Part shown: positions 38,088 to 50,505 of the stretch, one piece after another
Position numbering within the stretch: position 1 is the stretch's first letter
How the letters are laid out: every line of letters begins with the position of its first letter
Assembly: GCA_013265495.1 (NCBI GenBank)
Contig: MU058039.1
Span: forward strand, 560,591 to 624,590
Reading direction: 5' to 3'
DNA: 64,000 bases
Origin: Vicugna vicugna
Lineage: Eukaryota
The notes under the pieces: generated by a model
What the model was told of the DNA's origin: nothing
The model's input: the letters and a program-made list of their open reading frames with translations, nothing else
The model's database searches: none
Program-made: the position numbers and the translations under genes

Positions 38088-38576
38088 CACCTTGATTATC
38101 CCCTGGTCCTCCTCAGGACCGTTGTTTAAAAACCTGTGGGAATCCAAAAGAGGCCAGCTTAGCACTGCTACTGTTTGAGGAGCTGGAAATCAGAAGCCAA
38201 GATCCAAGAACTCATGTTTATTGGACACTCTGAATGTCAGGAACTATGCATAAGGCATACCTTCTAATTTAATCCTCATTACAGCCCAGGGAGGTAGGTA
38301 TTACCCCATTTTATCAGTGAGAAAACTGAGGCTTGGAGAGGATAAATAAAGGAGTTGGGGTTTGAACCTTAGCGTTGGCTGTCAAATCTAGTAGGATATT
38401 TTGGGTGAGGGAAGCAGAGAAACCCTAGAGAGGAATGGAAGGGAATACTGTCATAAGCAAATAGTGGTTCTTTGATGGTAGTGGTGTGTCAAGAGAGCTT
38501 TTTGCAAGGACCAGTGGTTCCCAAATGTGGTTCCTGGACCTCCTGCACCAGGATTCCTGAGAAAGAGGTGTGCCTT

Positions 38577-38850
38577 TTTTTTTTTAATTGAAGTATAGTC
38601 AGTTTACAATGTTGTGTCAGTTTCTGGTGTACAGCATAATATTTCAGCCATACGTATACATACATATATTCGTTTCCATATTCTTTTTCATTATAGGTTA
38701 CTGCAAGATACTGAACATAGTTCCCTGTGCTATACAGTAGAAACTTGTTGTTCATCTATTTTATATATAGTAGTTAATATTTGCAGATCTCGAACTTCCA
38801 GTTTATCCCTTCCCACCCCCTTTCCCCTGGTAACCATGTCTGTGAGTCGG
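38577..38850 (-). mobile_element. Short L1 3' end inserted in a MER5A-like element (38512-38985)
   Basis: T-tail at 38575-38585, L1 3'UTR. Decayed flanking repeat gaggtgtgcctt / gaggtacgtctt. Confidence 0.75.
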
Positions 38851-41060
38851 TTGAGGTACGTCTTAAAATGCAGAACCTTACATACTGCCCTAGATCTGCT
38901 GAAGCAGAGCCTTGGAGGTGGGACCCTGAGACCTTCACAAGCTCCCTAGGTGATTCTGTGGACATTCAAGTCTGACTACTGGAATAGGAAACTGAGATAA
39001 AGGGCGCCCAGGACTAAGAGTCAGCCCCACGTTGCACAGCTGGAGAAAGGATCCAGCCATCTGGCCTTGCAGGCTTTCCCAGGCTTGCGGAATAAAGTAG
39101 CTCTCTTTAATGTGATACATTTGCTGTTCATCATCCTTTCCCATTCCATTCTCTTTGGCCTTCAAGATGACAAACCTCTACTTTTCCTGGTAGGATGGTG
39201 AATGAATCCTACTTTTAACATGTCCCCTCTGCCAGGGACTCTGTCATTACTGATCCCATGATAGACTTGTTTTCCTTATTTGTAAAATGCAAATACCGGC
39301 CTTGCCTACTTCACAGGATTGTTGCAGATAAGATAATTTCTGTGAATACCTTTTTAAGTATACTCTGAAGCAACAAAAATTTATGATTACTGTTTTTAGG
39401 TTGGTTTGGTTCTCCCAGAAGTATTTATTTCCCCTAATCCACACGTCATATTTTTCAGTTGCTCTGGAAACAGGACAGCTAAATTTGTAGTCTGGCCAGC
39501 AGAGGGCAATGGAAGCCATCCTTGTGAAGCCCGTCAGGAAAACTAATGAACTTTCAGTTTAAAGAAGTGTCCCCAAAGTGCAGTCCTCAGGAAGCAGCAT
39601 CAGCATCACCTGGGTATTTGTTAGAAATGTGAATTATCAAGCCCCATCCTAGATACTGAATTGGAAACTTTGAGGGTAGGGCCTGGAAATCTGAGGTGGG
39701 TTTTTTTTTGTATATAACTACATATATTTGTGTGTGTGTGTGTGTACACATTTACTTTAAAAACTCAGGTAACATATAAATGCTCACAATAAAAAACTAC
39801 TAGTAACTCTACCTCACCCATTTCATCATTTCCAGTGACAATCATTTTTAACTCTTAGCCAAGTTTTCTGGTTACTGTTTCCATTTTTTAAGTAAAATGT
39901 TAACTACTATTTCTTGATTTTTCAAAATTATACTTGTCTTTTAAATTACTCTTACTTGGAACATTCTGTAAGCTAGTTTTTTTTATTACAGTTCAACTCT
40001 ACATACACATTATATTGCATGTAAATACATATATACAGTATATGGCACTTTTTTTTAGTTTACATGTATGTACTAATTATTGTTTCTAAGAACAGATTAG
40101 ATCTTTGGCTTTTTAAACTTACATAGTTATCAAAGGAATAAAGCCAACTACAAAATAAGAATCAACAGAATGTGGTAATCCAATCATAAAGGACCTGAAA
40201 ATCTGAGTTTTAACAAGCTCTCCAGCTGGTCTTATTCACCTGGTCTGAGAACCACTGGTTTGGAGAGCTACTGGAGTTCCAGGTCATTTGGCCCGGGCCT
40301 CCTAAGGCAGGGTCAGCAGAACTCACCCTCTGGTATGGCTAAGCCTAGGCTCTGTGCTGCCACAGAGACTTGATGGCTGGATTTGGGGGAAGAAGCAGGC
40401 AAAACTTACTATCATCATCTCACGTGTAGAGCAGATTAGAGCCCACAACAAAAACTTTCACATCAGTCACTTCCTTAGTTCTTAAAAGAATTTGGAGAGG
40501 CAGACAGTACATCTCCATTGAGGAGTGAATTCACACTCCATATGAGGAGCGTGAATTCAGAGAGGAAAAGAGATGTGTTCAAAGATACACACAGGAGATT
40601 CAAAACTAAAATCCAACCCACAGTTCAGGATTCTTCTATCATTTCAGAGGAGGGAGAGGTTCTCCCAGCTGATGCTAAGGTTGCTCTCTGCCCCACAGAC
40701 CCACTACTGGGAACTAGGGACTGACTTTCAGACATCAGTGTCCCCTGTGTATCTTTCCATTCTCCCCAAGACTGCATGCTGCCCTCCTGCCGTATCTTTT
40801 CCCATTCTATCCCCCTGTAACCCTGCACTTGCTGCTCTTTTGGACCACCTTTCAGGAGCCACTGTGATCTGCTGAAATAGATCACTGGATGGCCCTGTGG
40901 TCCAGGGCCCCACAGCTCAGATTTACCCCACTAGCTCCTTCTTGAGGCCCCAGATCTGCTGAGAGAGTAGTCACTTGTAGTCAACAAATTTGTAGTCACT
41001 GCCATCAGTTTTCATTCTTCCTCTTGTCTCCTCTGGATCCAGCTTCTCTCTCGCACACGC

Positions 41061-41145
41061 TTTTCTTAATGAAAGTACTGGAGATTGAACCCAGGACCTC
41101 GTGCATGCTAAGCACGCACTCTACCACTGAGCTATACCCTCTCCC
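41061..41145 (-). mobile_element. Vic-1-type tRNA-derived camelid SINE
   Basis: Reverse complement reads GGGAGAGGGTATAGCTCAGTGGTAGAGTGCGTGCTTAGCATGCACGAGGTCCTGGGTTCAATCTCCAGTAC plus an A-rich tail. Confidence 0.8.
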
Positions 41146-41384
41146 ACTGGGTCCAACTTCTCTTGACCAGCCTATAAAAACCAAGTTTTTGGGACTCTTT
41201 GGGGGCATATTCCTTGAGGGTAAGTGAGAAAGAAGGCCTTCAAACCCTAAATCTTTGTTTATTTTTTGCCACTCTCTTATCCCATACACTAGTTTGCTCA
41301 GGTTACCTTAGAGGAAACCTCTCCTAAAATCCCCCACATCTTTTTTCACAATTGTAGTTAGATTTTAATAGTTCTGTCAGTAAT

Positions 41385-41770
41385 TGATAAAAGAGCCAGA
41401 TTTTAAAAATCTATAAAGATAAATTAGAACAGCATCATTGATCAACACGATCTAACTGATAATCATTAAATAGTATACCCCGCAAAGGCAGAAATACATT
41501 AATTTGAGGTGCACATGGAATATTCACCAAGATAGACCATATCAGGGCCATAAAACAAGTCTGAATACGTTTTGAAGACTGAAATTTAAAATGTATGTTT
41601 CCAGCCACAATGGAATTAAATTAGAAATTAATAGTAATAATATTGATAGAAAATTCTCAAACACTTGAAAATCAAGGAACAAACTTGAAGTAACCCATGG
41701 GTCACAAAAATCATAAAGGAAATTAGTCATACAAAATATTTTAGCACAATATCAAAATTTGTGGAAAATT
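41385..41770 (+). mobile_element. Old L1 ORF2 (endonuclease-proximal) fragment
   Basis: gcacatggaatattcaccaagatagaccatat...cacaatggaattaaattagaaat motif. Confidence 0.7.
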
Positions 41771-43949
41771 CCCCACATTTGATTCCCCAATTCCATTATC
41801 CTTAAAACAAGTCTGGAGTGAGCTCCAGATGCCTTAATCCCAATGCTTTTAACTTTTTAATCTCTTGATAACCCAAAGGTGATCTAATGGGAGAATTCAA
41901 GTCCTTCAGCCAACTTAGGGAAGTCAGTATTTGGGGGCTGAGATATGGTATGTCCTGCTGACTATATAGAGACAAACCAGGTCTGTGATTGGGCATTGAC
42001 CCTGGCACTACATACTTTTTCTTAGCTGCAGTCCATTCCAAGGCACTATGTTGGTGGTGGTGGGATGGAAGGCCAGCATTCTATGAGCCTTGCCTTTGTA
42101 ACAAAGAGAATTGGCTCTAGGGGGCACTGCACTCCATGATACCATTGGGCCCCTGGGCTCCTTTTGGGTCACTCATTGACTTTATATACTATATTGTAGG
42201 AGTGTAAGGGTATAAAATTCTTGCCCCATAGAACTTGCAGTTTAGCAGAGAAGGCAGACATCAAAGAATAGTCATAACAGTCATTATAATGGGAAATTCT
42301 GGGTGATGGGTTATATTCTTTTAGCTTGCATGCAACTTAATTTTCCTAAAGTTAAAATAAATTAAATTATGCTACTGATTCAGTCTGAAGAAGGAAAAGT
42401 ACTGTGAGTACATACAACAAGGAGACCTGACCTGACCACCCAAAAGAAGGGTGATGTGTGCTCCACAATTTGAGGTAAAGCCCTGTATGGATCCCACATC
42501 CTTGCAGGTAGCTCTCACATTTGGGGACAGTGATGCAGAAGGCCCAGCTGGCATCAGAAAGGCCTAATTAGTTGACTGTAAAATCAGAGGAACTGTAAAA
42601 CCAGAAGGCAATCTTGACTTACTGACTTACTCTGTTTTTTTTTTTGAATGACATTACTGATAAGAAGCCCAAGTCTGTCCCCAGGGCCTGGGAATGCTAC
42701 TCTGGCCTTACAGGTGAATTCACAGCTAGGGCTGGGACTGGAATGCACTCTCTTTACAGAAAGAAATCCTTTTCCAGGCTGACAAACGTACATTACTAGG
42801 GTGGGCTAGTTTTTAATTCAGTGTTTCATTTAATTTTTACACAATGATTCTATGACTTAGCTATCATCCTCCATTAATTAAACAACTTTATAAAGTGGAC
42901 ATGGTAAAAATATTCAAAACAAACTAAGGAGCATCTACTGAAAAGAAAGACACCTGTTCTGTTTCCTCATCAGAAAGGTAACCCTGGGTCTGTCTTTCTA
43001 CAGGTGTTCTGTACATACACAAGCATATAGGTAAAATATATTTTTCTTATACAAATGGCAGTATGCTATATACATTGTTTACACATTTTTCTACATAATT
43101 TAGGGATTAGCTGACATTAAAACATATGGCTCTGTCTCATTTTTCAACAGTTGTCAGCTGCATGGTATTCCACGCTGTGGCTGAACTATCATTTATTTAT
43201 CTAAACTTCTATTAATGGACATTGGGCAGTTTCTAACCCTTTGCTACAACTCACACTGCAAATGAATATCTTTGTTAATGCCTCAGAGTTTTATTAAATT
43301 TTAAAGTTGAAACAATGTAATTATTTTTTTCACTAAGCATAACTTATTTTAGATATACTGGGTTAAATTATTAAAATTAATTTCATCTGTTTTTAAAATT
43401 TTTTAATGTAAAGCTTCAAATTGCATATTTGGCTTGCACTATATTTCTACTAAATAGTACTGCTTTAGGCTGTCACTGCCCGGTGGTGGTATGGACTTAG
43501 CTCTTTGAGGGTAGGAACCCAGTCTGTCTTGATTTCTCCTTTGTCCCCATGATCACCCAACCTGGCAAGAAATGGGTGCTTAATACATTTTTGTTGAATG
43601 AATGAGCAAAGAATGACTTCTGTCCTCTCTCAGGAAGAAGAAATATATGCTTCCCAACTCAGTCTTACTGAGCATTCTCTTGAGAGGATGAGGTGGAAAG
43701 GGTATTGCCTAGGTTTTCTTGACCAGAGAACCTTGCAGTTCTAGCCAGTTCTCTTGGTAATCCCTATTGGAGTAGGAGTGGCAACATCCATTTTTTGAAA
43801 AAAGGGTCGGCTCCTTGATTATGTTAGCAGCTGGACTAAATTTGAACAAAATTTCTCAGGCTCAGGTACTCAACTAACACTGGGTACCCTCATAATGTGC
43901 GATCAACAAATGAATGGTTGATAACTGGGTCTCCAAGGCAACCCCCTCA

Positions 43950-45350
43950 GTGACTTCCGTCGAAGGCAGAGCTCTGGAGCCGCCTAGTTCGGGGAAAGGC
44001 GACCAGACCAGAATCCCCACACGTTCGGGCCTCCCGGCCCTCGCGTAGGAGGGAAGGAGGGCGTGTCCGCCTCGTAAAGGCTCAGGCCGCGCCTGTTACC
44101 TGCAACGACTGGACTCCCGACAAGGGACGGGTATGGCATGTGTGGCGGCACTCAGAAGCTCCTATGTGAAGGACCAGACCTAGCACAGGAGAGCCTGAAG
44201 AGCGACCTTGGGGATGCTACGGGAGGACTCAGCCAACTTAACGGTTACCTCCCCAACCCCGCGCCCGGCGGACTGACCGAGACGAGGAGAGTGAGCGCGC
44301 GTGCGCACTGGCGCGCGCCCGGCAGGAAAAAGCTCAGCGCGAGACCCGGCGCGCGCGCGTTCGAAAAGAAAAAAAAAGTGCTCCTCGCGGGAGCCCGCGG
44401 CAATTTAGGCCGGAGTTGGCCGGCGAGCGCGCGTGCGCGAGCGCGCATAGACGTCCTTCTCCACAGCTCCCCTCTGTTGGGGGTCTAGCGCACTGCTCCG
44501 CTGTCCCCGCCTCTCCCGAGGCTCGCACCCTCGGGGTAAGTACCTCGTGCCTGGCGGAGAGGGAGGAAGAGGGTCCACGGAAGGAAGGGAGGGGGTAGAC
44601 AGGGCTTGGAAAAAGGGAAAAACCGCCCTCGCAAAGCGAGGAGAGCGGCCAACGGGTTGGAGTCTGCAGAAGACACGCCTCCATCACTCACACCCCTCGG
44701 GGCTGCGGAAGTACTCTGGAGACTCGGGAGGCACGGAGGCGACAGGTGGACTACCATTCCCAGAAGGCGGTGCGGCGCCGCGCCTACAGCTCCCGGCAGC
44801 ACTCGCGCGCCAGGCTTCTTTCAGTCCTCTGCCACCTGGTGCGAAACTACAGTTCCCAGGAGGCCTCGCGCAAAGCGGCTTGGAAGTGGGCAGCCTGGAA
44901 GTCACTCGGGCCACCGGAGCTGGCGGCGTCTCCAGCGAGCGGCGCGGGTCTGGACGCCACGGTCGTGGGGCCCGCGGGGCGGGCAGCCCAGACGCCCAGG
45001 TATGTGGCTCTGGGTACTGGGGCGGCCTCGCGCAAGGGTGGCGGGGAATCGGTGTCCACTCGGACCCTGAGGGTCAGCGCGGCGGGCGACTGGGCGGACG
45101 GCCGGGTGTGGGCACCGATTGTTGGGGGCGGCGGCGGCGGTGGGACTCTCGCCCTCCGGACCTGGCCGGACTCGTGCCCGCATGGCTCAACTTTCCAGAC
45201 GAGCTACCTGGCGCTGTTGCGGAGGAGCGTGGTTTGGTAGTCGGGTAGCCAGGAGTTCGTGTCCTGGCTCAGCCGCTCTGGAGCTGCGATCTAGGGAAAC
45301 CGCGCCGAACCTCAGTTTCCCCTTTCGGTCAAACCGGGGAAGAAGAGTAT
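43950..45350. promoter_or_regulatory. CpG island, probable bidirectional WDR87/SIPA1L3 promoter
   Basis: Very CpG-rich. ZNF143-like motifs at 44749-44768, 44783-44802 and 44845-44864. ETS GGAAGT at 44707, 44882 and 44897. NRF1-like GCGCGTGCGC near 44297 and 44428. Confidence 0.85.
44880..44999 (+). other. SIPA1L3: Probable non-coding exon 1 of SIPA1L3 (start approximate); intron 1 runs beyond the window
   Basis: Strong donor CAG|GTATGT at 44999/45000 downstream of the promoter motif cluster. Identity inferred from recalled head-to-head WDR87-SIPA1L3 synteny. No SIPA1L3 coding sequence in the window. Confidence 0.6.
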
Positions 45351-46494
45351 CTGTCTTTTGTCGGGAATTCTGTTGAGATGCTGAGATCTGGTGAATAAAG
45401 CATTTGGCACATAGAAGGCACTTACTACGTGTTTGCGTTATTGTCAGTTCCTGAGAAATGGGGTGAAGGTATTATCGACCGCATGTGGTAAGTTGAGGGT
45501 GAGCCGAGGGCACAGTTAGCACTCAATGCAGAGTGGCTGCTGTTAACTAAAATTGTTTTGTTAAGAGCTTTGGTTTGGGAGGCAGAGACAGGTTCAAATT
45601 TTGGCTCTACCAGCTGTGTGACCTTGGGTAACTGACTTCACTGCCCTGTGCCTTGGTTTCCCTGTATATGAAATGGGTGATTTAATAGCAACCACCTCAT
45701 AGAGTTGTTTTGAGGTTGCAATGAGAATATCATTTGTGAAGTGCTTAGAGCAGCAGCTGGAACACAGTCAGCGTTCAATAAATGGTACCAGTTATTCAGC
45801 GTTTTCTCAGTTTCTCAGAGACCCCCTGAGGGTGAGGCTCTAGCTATAGTCTTGATCTTCCAGTGGGCCAGACTCAAAACTGGTCCGGTTGATTTCCTCT
45901 CCTGCAGCCTCAGGTTCCATCTTTGTAAAATGGGTTAACAGTATCAGCCCCACAGGGTTGTAAGAATTTGCTGAGATTGTATTCCTAGTCCAGAGTCATC
46001 TCTCACTAAGTAGCAGCTCTTATATATTTTAATTATTGTTCTGTGTTCTCCATCTGGCCCAGAGACTGCCTAACTGTGGTGGGCTGTGACATGACATTCC
46101 TGAGCTTCCCCACATGTTCAGTCCTAGCCTCAGTGTCCCATCTGCGAAATGGTAGTCATAGGACATTTGTGCCAGGGTTGTTTTGATGATTCTAGGAGAT
46201 AATTCATGTTTAATGTTTAGCACGGGGCCGGATGCATAATAAGCACTTAATAAACATGCCTTGTTTTTCTTGATAGGCCTTTGCTGCTTAATGTTTGTAT
46301 TTACAGGGCAGAACAGGGACAAGGTTAGTGTCCCCCTACCTCTAATTTTTATTCACCGAAGGTTAAGTTGTGGAACATACTGCAGTATAAGGGCCTGAGA
46401 AGAAGATGGCACTGACTTGCTATCAGCAGCCCTCTGCTCGTCTCTCATGCGCTACCCTCATCAGCCAATACATTCACTCTAGTGCTTTATAGTT

Positions 46495-46735
46495 TTTAGG
46501 TTTTTTGGTGGGGGGAGGCAGTAATTAGGTTTATTTATTTTTTAATGGAGATACTGGGAATTGAACTCAGGACTTTGTGCGTGCTAAGCATGCGCTCTAC
46601 CGCTGAACTATACCCTCCATTCAAATCCTTGATTTTTTTAATTTTAATTTTAATTTTTTGATGGAGGTACTGGGGGTTGAACCTAGGACCTTGTGCATGC
46701 TAGGCACATGCTCTACCACTGAGCTATCTGCCCCT
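46495..46735 (-). mobile_element. Two tandem Vic-1-type SINEs
   Basis: Two tRNA-like bodies (~46545-46618 and ~46660-46735), each with a T-rich tail on + strand. Confidence 0.8.
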
Positions 46736-48061
46736 GCACCCCACGCTTCTCGTGCTTTATGTACTGTACCAATGCTGTCAGCTCTTGACTCTGTCCCATA
46801 TTAGCCCCCTGAGCTCCAGCTCCAGATGTGGAGCCTGTGCTCCTTGATGTCCTCTGGTGACTGTCCCTTGGGCACCATGAACTCAAAATGTTCAACCTGA
46901 CTCCTCCTCCCAGACCTGGTAGTCATCACTCGGCAAATGGGCCAGGCCAGAAACTTGGGAGCTGCTCTTCTCCCCGAGCCTTCCCAGGTCCAGTTGATTG
47001 ACAACAAAGATGGAGCTGTCATTCCATAGCAACGCCATTTCATTGGCCCAGCTTGGTCTCCTGTCTTGTGGGCCCTGGAAGTCCCCCTTGGCCACTGAAC
47101 TTTTCCAACAAGGTTGAATTGCTTCTTTCAAGTCTCCAAGAATTAATGTATGTGAAACATTAGTAAGGGACAGATAAGACAATATGGACTTGGCCAGATT
47201 GCACTGACCACAAGTATGGAATAAAGGCCTGGCTTTCAGGAGACCCATTTCTACAGTTTCAGCCTGATGAGGCTCCCTAAGTCGCTAATTTTTTCTCTGA
47301 AAAGCTACATGGTGTCCACGGGTTAGAATATCCTCTGTAGGCAGGGCCACCCTGAGCATTTTGGGAGGTGCCACACTCCTGGGAGGAGGCTGGGCAGGGA
47401 ATTCATTAGCTCTCCATTTAGGGTGAGTCTGTTGTCAGATCTATCATTGTGATTTCATTTGATAATGGGAACCCATGGTTTCAAATGTGTAATGGCCACT
47501 AAATTTACCGAAGGATTTTTTTTTTAATCTGAGGAAATATGACTTTAAAAAAATCTTGGTCTTAATTGTTAGTGACAACAGCACATGGCTTTTTTTTTTT
47601 TTAGCAGTCTGTATGGAATGGTCAGAGTTAAACGTGAGCCTGTTTTTCAGACATTGCAGTTGTTAGGCGGTAAATCAAAAATGGAATTTAGCATGTGCAG
47701 TGATTGGCGCCTTTTTTTCCCTGTAAAATGTATTTTGCTGATGTATTTCAAACTTTGGTTTAAAAAAATGACACAGGTTATAGTGACAGCTTAACCTTGT
47801 TATGTGTTTAACTTACAAACTCTAAATTAAATGTAGGTATGTTTTAGTAAAAGAATTGAACAGTCATTTCCTTTAAAGTGTTTCCTTTTAGCTGTTAGAA
47901 TGAGAGGCTATCGGACCAGTTTGTGCGTTGTGCTTTCTTTAAGACTGACACTCCTGTTTCTTAGGACTGCTCTGGTCATGGCCTTAATTTGTGTATATGG
48001 GAATGGGTTGAATTTACCTTTTAAAAAGTTATGCAAAGGAATTAAAAGAAAACAAGTTTTT

Positions 48062-48220
48062 TTCTGTATAACACAGGGAACTATATTCAATATCTTGTAA
48101 TAACTTATAATGAAAAAGAACATGAAAATGAATATATGTATGTATATGCATGACTGGGACACTGTGCTGTACACCAGAAATTGATCCATTGTAACTGCCT
48201 GTACTTCAATTAAAAAAAAT
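48062..48220 (+). mobile_element. Very short L1 3' end
   Basis: ctgtataacacagggaactatattcaatatcttgtaataac...tacttcaattaaaaaaa. Confidence 0.75.
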
Positions 48221-50196
48221 CCTTATTCCACCTAAAAAAAGGAGTTATGCAGAGAAATACATGCTCATTGTAACACGTCAGACAAGATGGAGATATGTAA
48301 GGAAAATAATGGGTGCCACCTTTCACTCCAAAATCCTGTCCCCCAAGAAGACAGCTGTTTATTCAGACAGTGAGTATTTACTGAGTATCCAGTGGCAGGT
48401 TTTGGAGATGTCTGAGAAAACAAAATTGATATGTTCTCTGCCCTTTGATTTTAGGGGAGATGCTCTCACTTACCTTTTTCTGTGCTTATATGGATGCATA
48501 TATGCATATATCAACTGCTTTCTTCCTTCTTCCTCACCACTCTCCAAAAAGGGAGGAGTAGGGATCAAGCCACACATATCTGTAACTTGAATTTTTCAAT
48601 TAATGCTACAACATATCCCTTCAAGTCATTATGTACAGATCTGACTCAGTCTTTTTTAACAGCTAGACCCACATTCTGCAGTGTGCAGAGACCATGCTTT
48701 ATTCCACCATTTCCCTGTTGCTGGACATTGCAGTTTGTTTCTGGGATTTCTTTTACATTCATGACGCACAGCCAGTAAGCGTTCTGGTACATAGGCAGTC
48801 TAGCATAGGGGCCAAAAGCATGAACTCTGGCTAGTGAATGAGCCAGACAAGATCCTTGTTCTCGTAGGGTTTACATTCTAGCTGAGGGGATATGCAATAA
48901 ACAAGGTACTTTCAGATGGTTTTCAGCGTCTTGGAGGAAACAGCATGGTGAGGGAATGGGGAGTGGCCGATGGGGCAACCTGGCGGTGGGGAATGGGTGG
49001 TTACTTTGTCTTGGATGGTCGGGGAAGGCCTCCCAGGCCTCGCTGAAGGGGAGTCACATGAGCTGAGACCTGAATGAGCAAGAGGCACCAGCTGTGCCAA
49101 AAGTAGGGAAGAACATTCCAGGAAGAGGGAACAGCAAGTACAAAGGCCCAGATGTAGGAATGAGTGTGATACAAAAACAATATTATTGTGGCTGGAGAAG
49201 GGTGAATTCCCATTTTTCAAGTTCACGCTATTCTAATTTTTGCAAAATAATAATAATAGTAACTGACATTTTCTAGTACTTAACTCTGTACTAGGTGCTC
49301 TTCTAAGCATTTCACACTTTTCTTCAATTAATCCTCACAAGAGTCCAGTGAAGTACAGACATTTATGGAACTCACTTCACAGATGAGGACACTGACTCCA
49401 GACTCCAGGCTCTTCGCCCATATGCCAAACTCCTTCTCTTCCCAGGTTCTCTTTACTAGGCGGCGGCAAGTTTAAGAAGTGGATGCAGCATTTCCTTTAT
49501 GTTGTTTGACATGCAAAGCACTGCGGGCTATATTTAGTACCTCCTTCATGTGGCCGCAGGAGTGGTCTGGGGACGTGGCATCGTGTCTGCTGAGAATAAG
49601 ACACGATGGGGTCACTTTCTGTTGGGATATTTAGTTGATTGTTTCAAAACGTGAAGGCCCTTCAGCAGAGTCTGTCCTTAAGTAAAATAAGGTTGACCAC
49701 GGGGCTGCCACACCAGACACGAGTTAGCCACAAATGAGACGTGGTGTGGAAGGAGCATGAACAAGATAAATATCCCATTTGGGTGAGCTTTGCAAGAGGA
49801 CTTGGGGCTTGGCCAGCTGGGGAAAGAGTGTTTCTAAGCACCAGGCCAGCACTGAGGACTGTTAAAGTATTAAAATGCAGTCCAGCAATTAAAGTGGTGA
49901 TGCGTGGCCCTGCAGGGGCCCCAGGACCCTGTTCTAGCCATCATGACTGTGTCCATTTTGATTTAGTATAGCCTGGGCCTTAAGGGTTGCTCAGTATTTT
50001 GAAAGAAGAGCAGGCCTGGTTAGATGTGAGGGTGGTAGTGGGTGCTTTTCAGACCAGGAACAGTATAGAGAGCATCTTTCACTCAGCCATCTAGGAAATA
50101 TTTTTTTTCTACCCAGCCTAAGTGGCAGGCACCATGCTAGACACTAATAGTATGAAGTCAAATAAGAAAGAACACTATGCTTTTCAAGGGTCTGCA

Positions 50197-50505
50197 CCAG
50201 TAGTGTCCATTAAAAATATAATGCGAGCCACTAACGTGGGCCATATATGTAATTTAAGATTTTATAGGGGTCACATTTAAAAGAGTAAAAAGAAACAGAG
50301 AAAATTGATTTAATAATATATTTTGTTTGGTCCAAAATATTACCATTTCAACCTGTACTCAGTGTAAAAATTATTGAGATTTTTACATTCTTTTTTTTCA
50401 CATTAAGTCCTCAAAATACTGTGTGTATTTTATACCTTCATCATGTCTCCATTTGCATTGGCCATATTTCAAGTGCTCAGTAGCCACATGGTTTGGACAG
50501 TGTGG
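50197..50505 (+). mobile_element. MER33-like hAT-Charlie DNA transposon (another fragment at ~43320-43462, minus)
   Basis: tgtcca..aaatataatgcgagccac...caagtgctcagtagccacatg...ggacag. Confidence 0.7.

Noticed and set aside
41061..41145. tRNA-like sequences with A/B boxes (also ~46545-46735 and ~60720-60795)
   Set aside because: Several diverged copies with A-rich tails and no intact acceptor stem: tRNA-derived SINEs, not tRNA genes.
44138..45376. Many overlapping 100-230 aa ORFs (also at 17465-18503)
   Set aside because: Expected in GC-rich CpG islands with few stop codons. No recognisable protein features.
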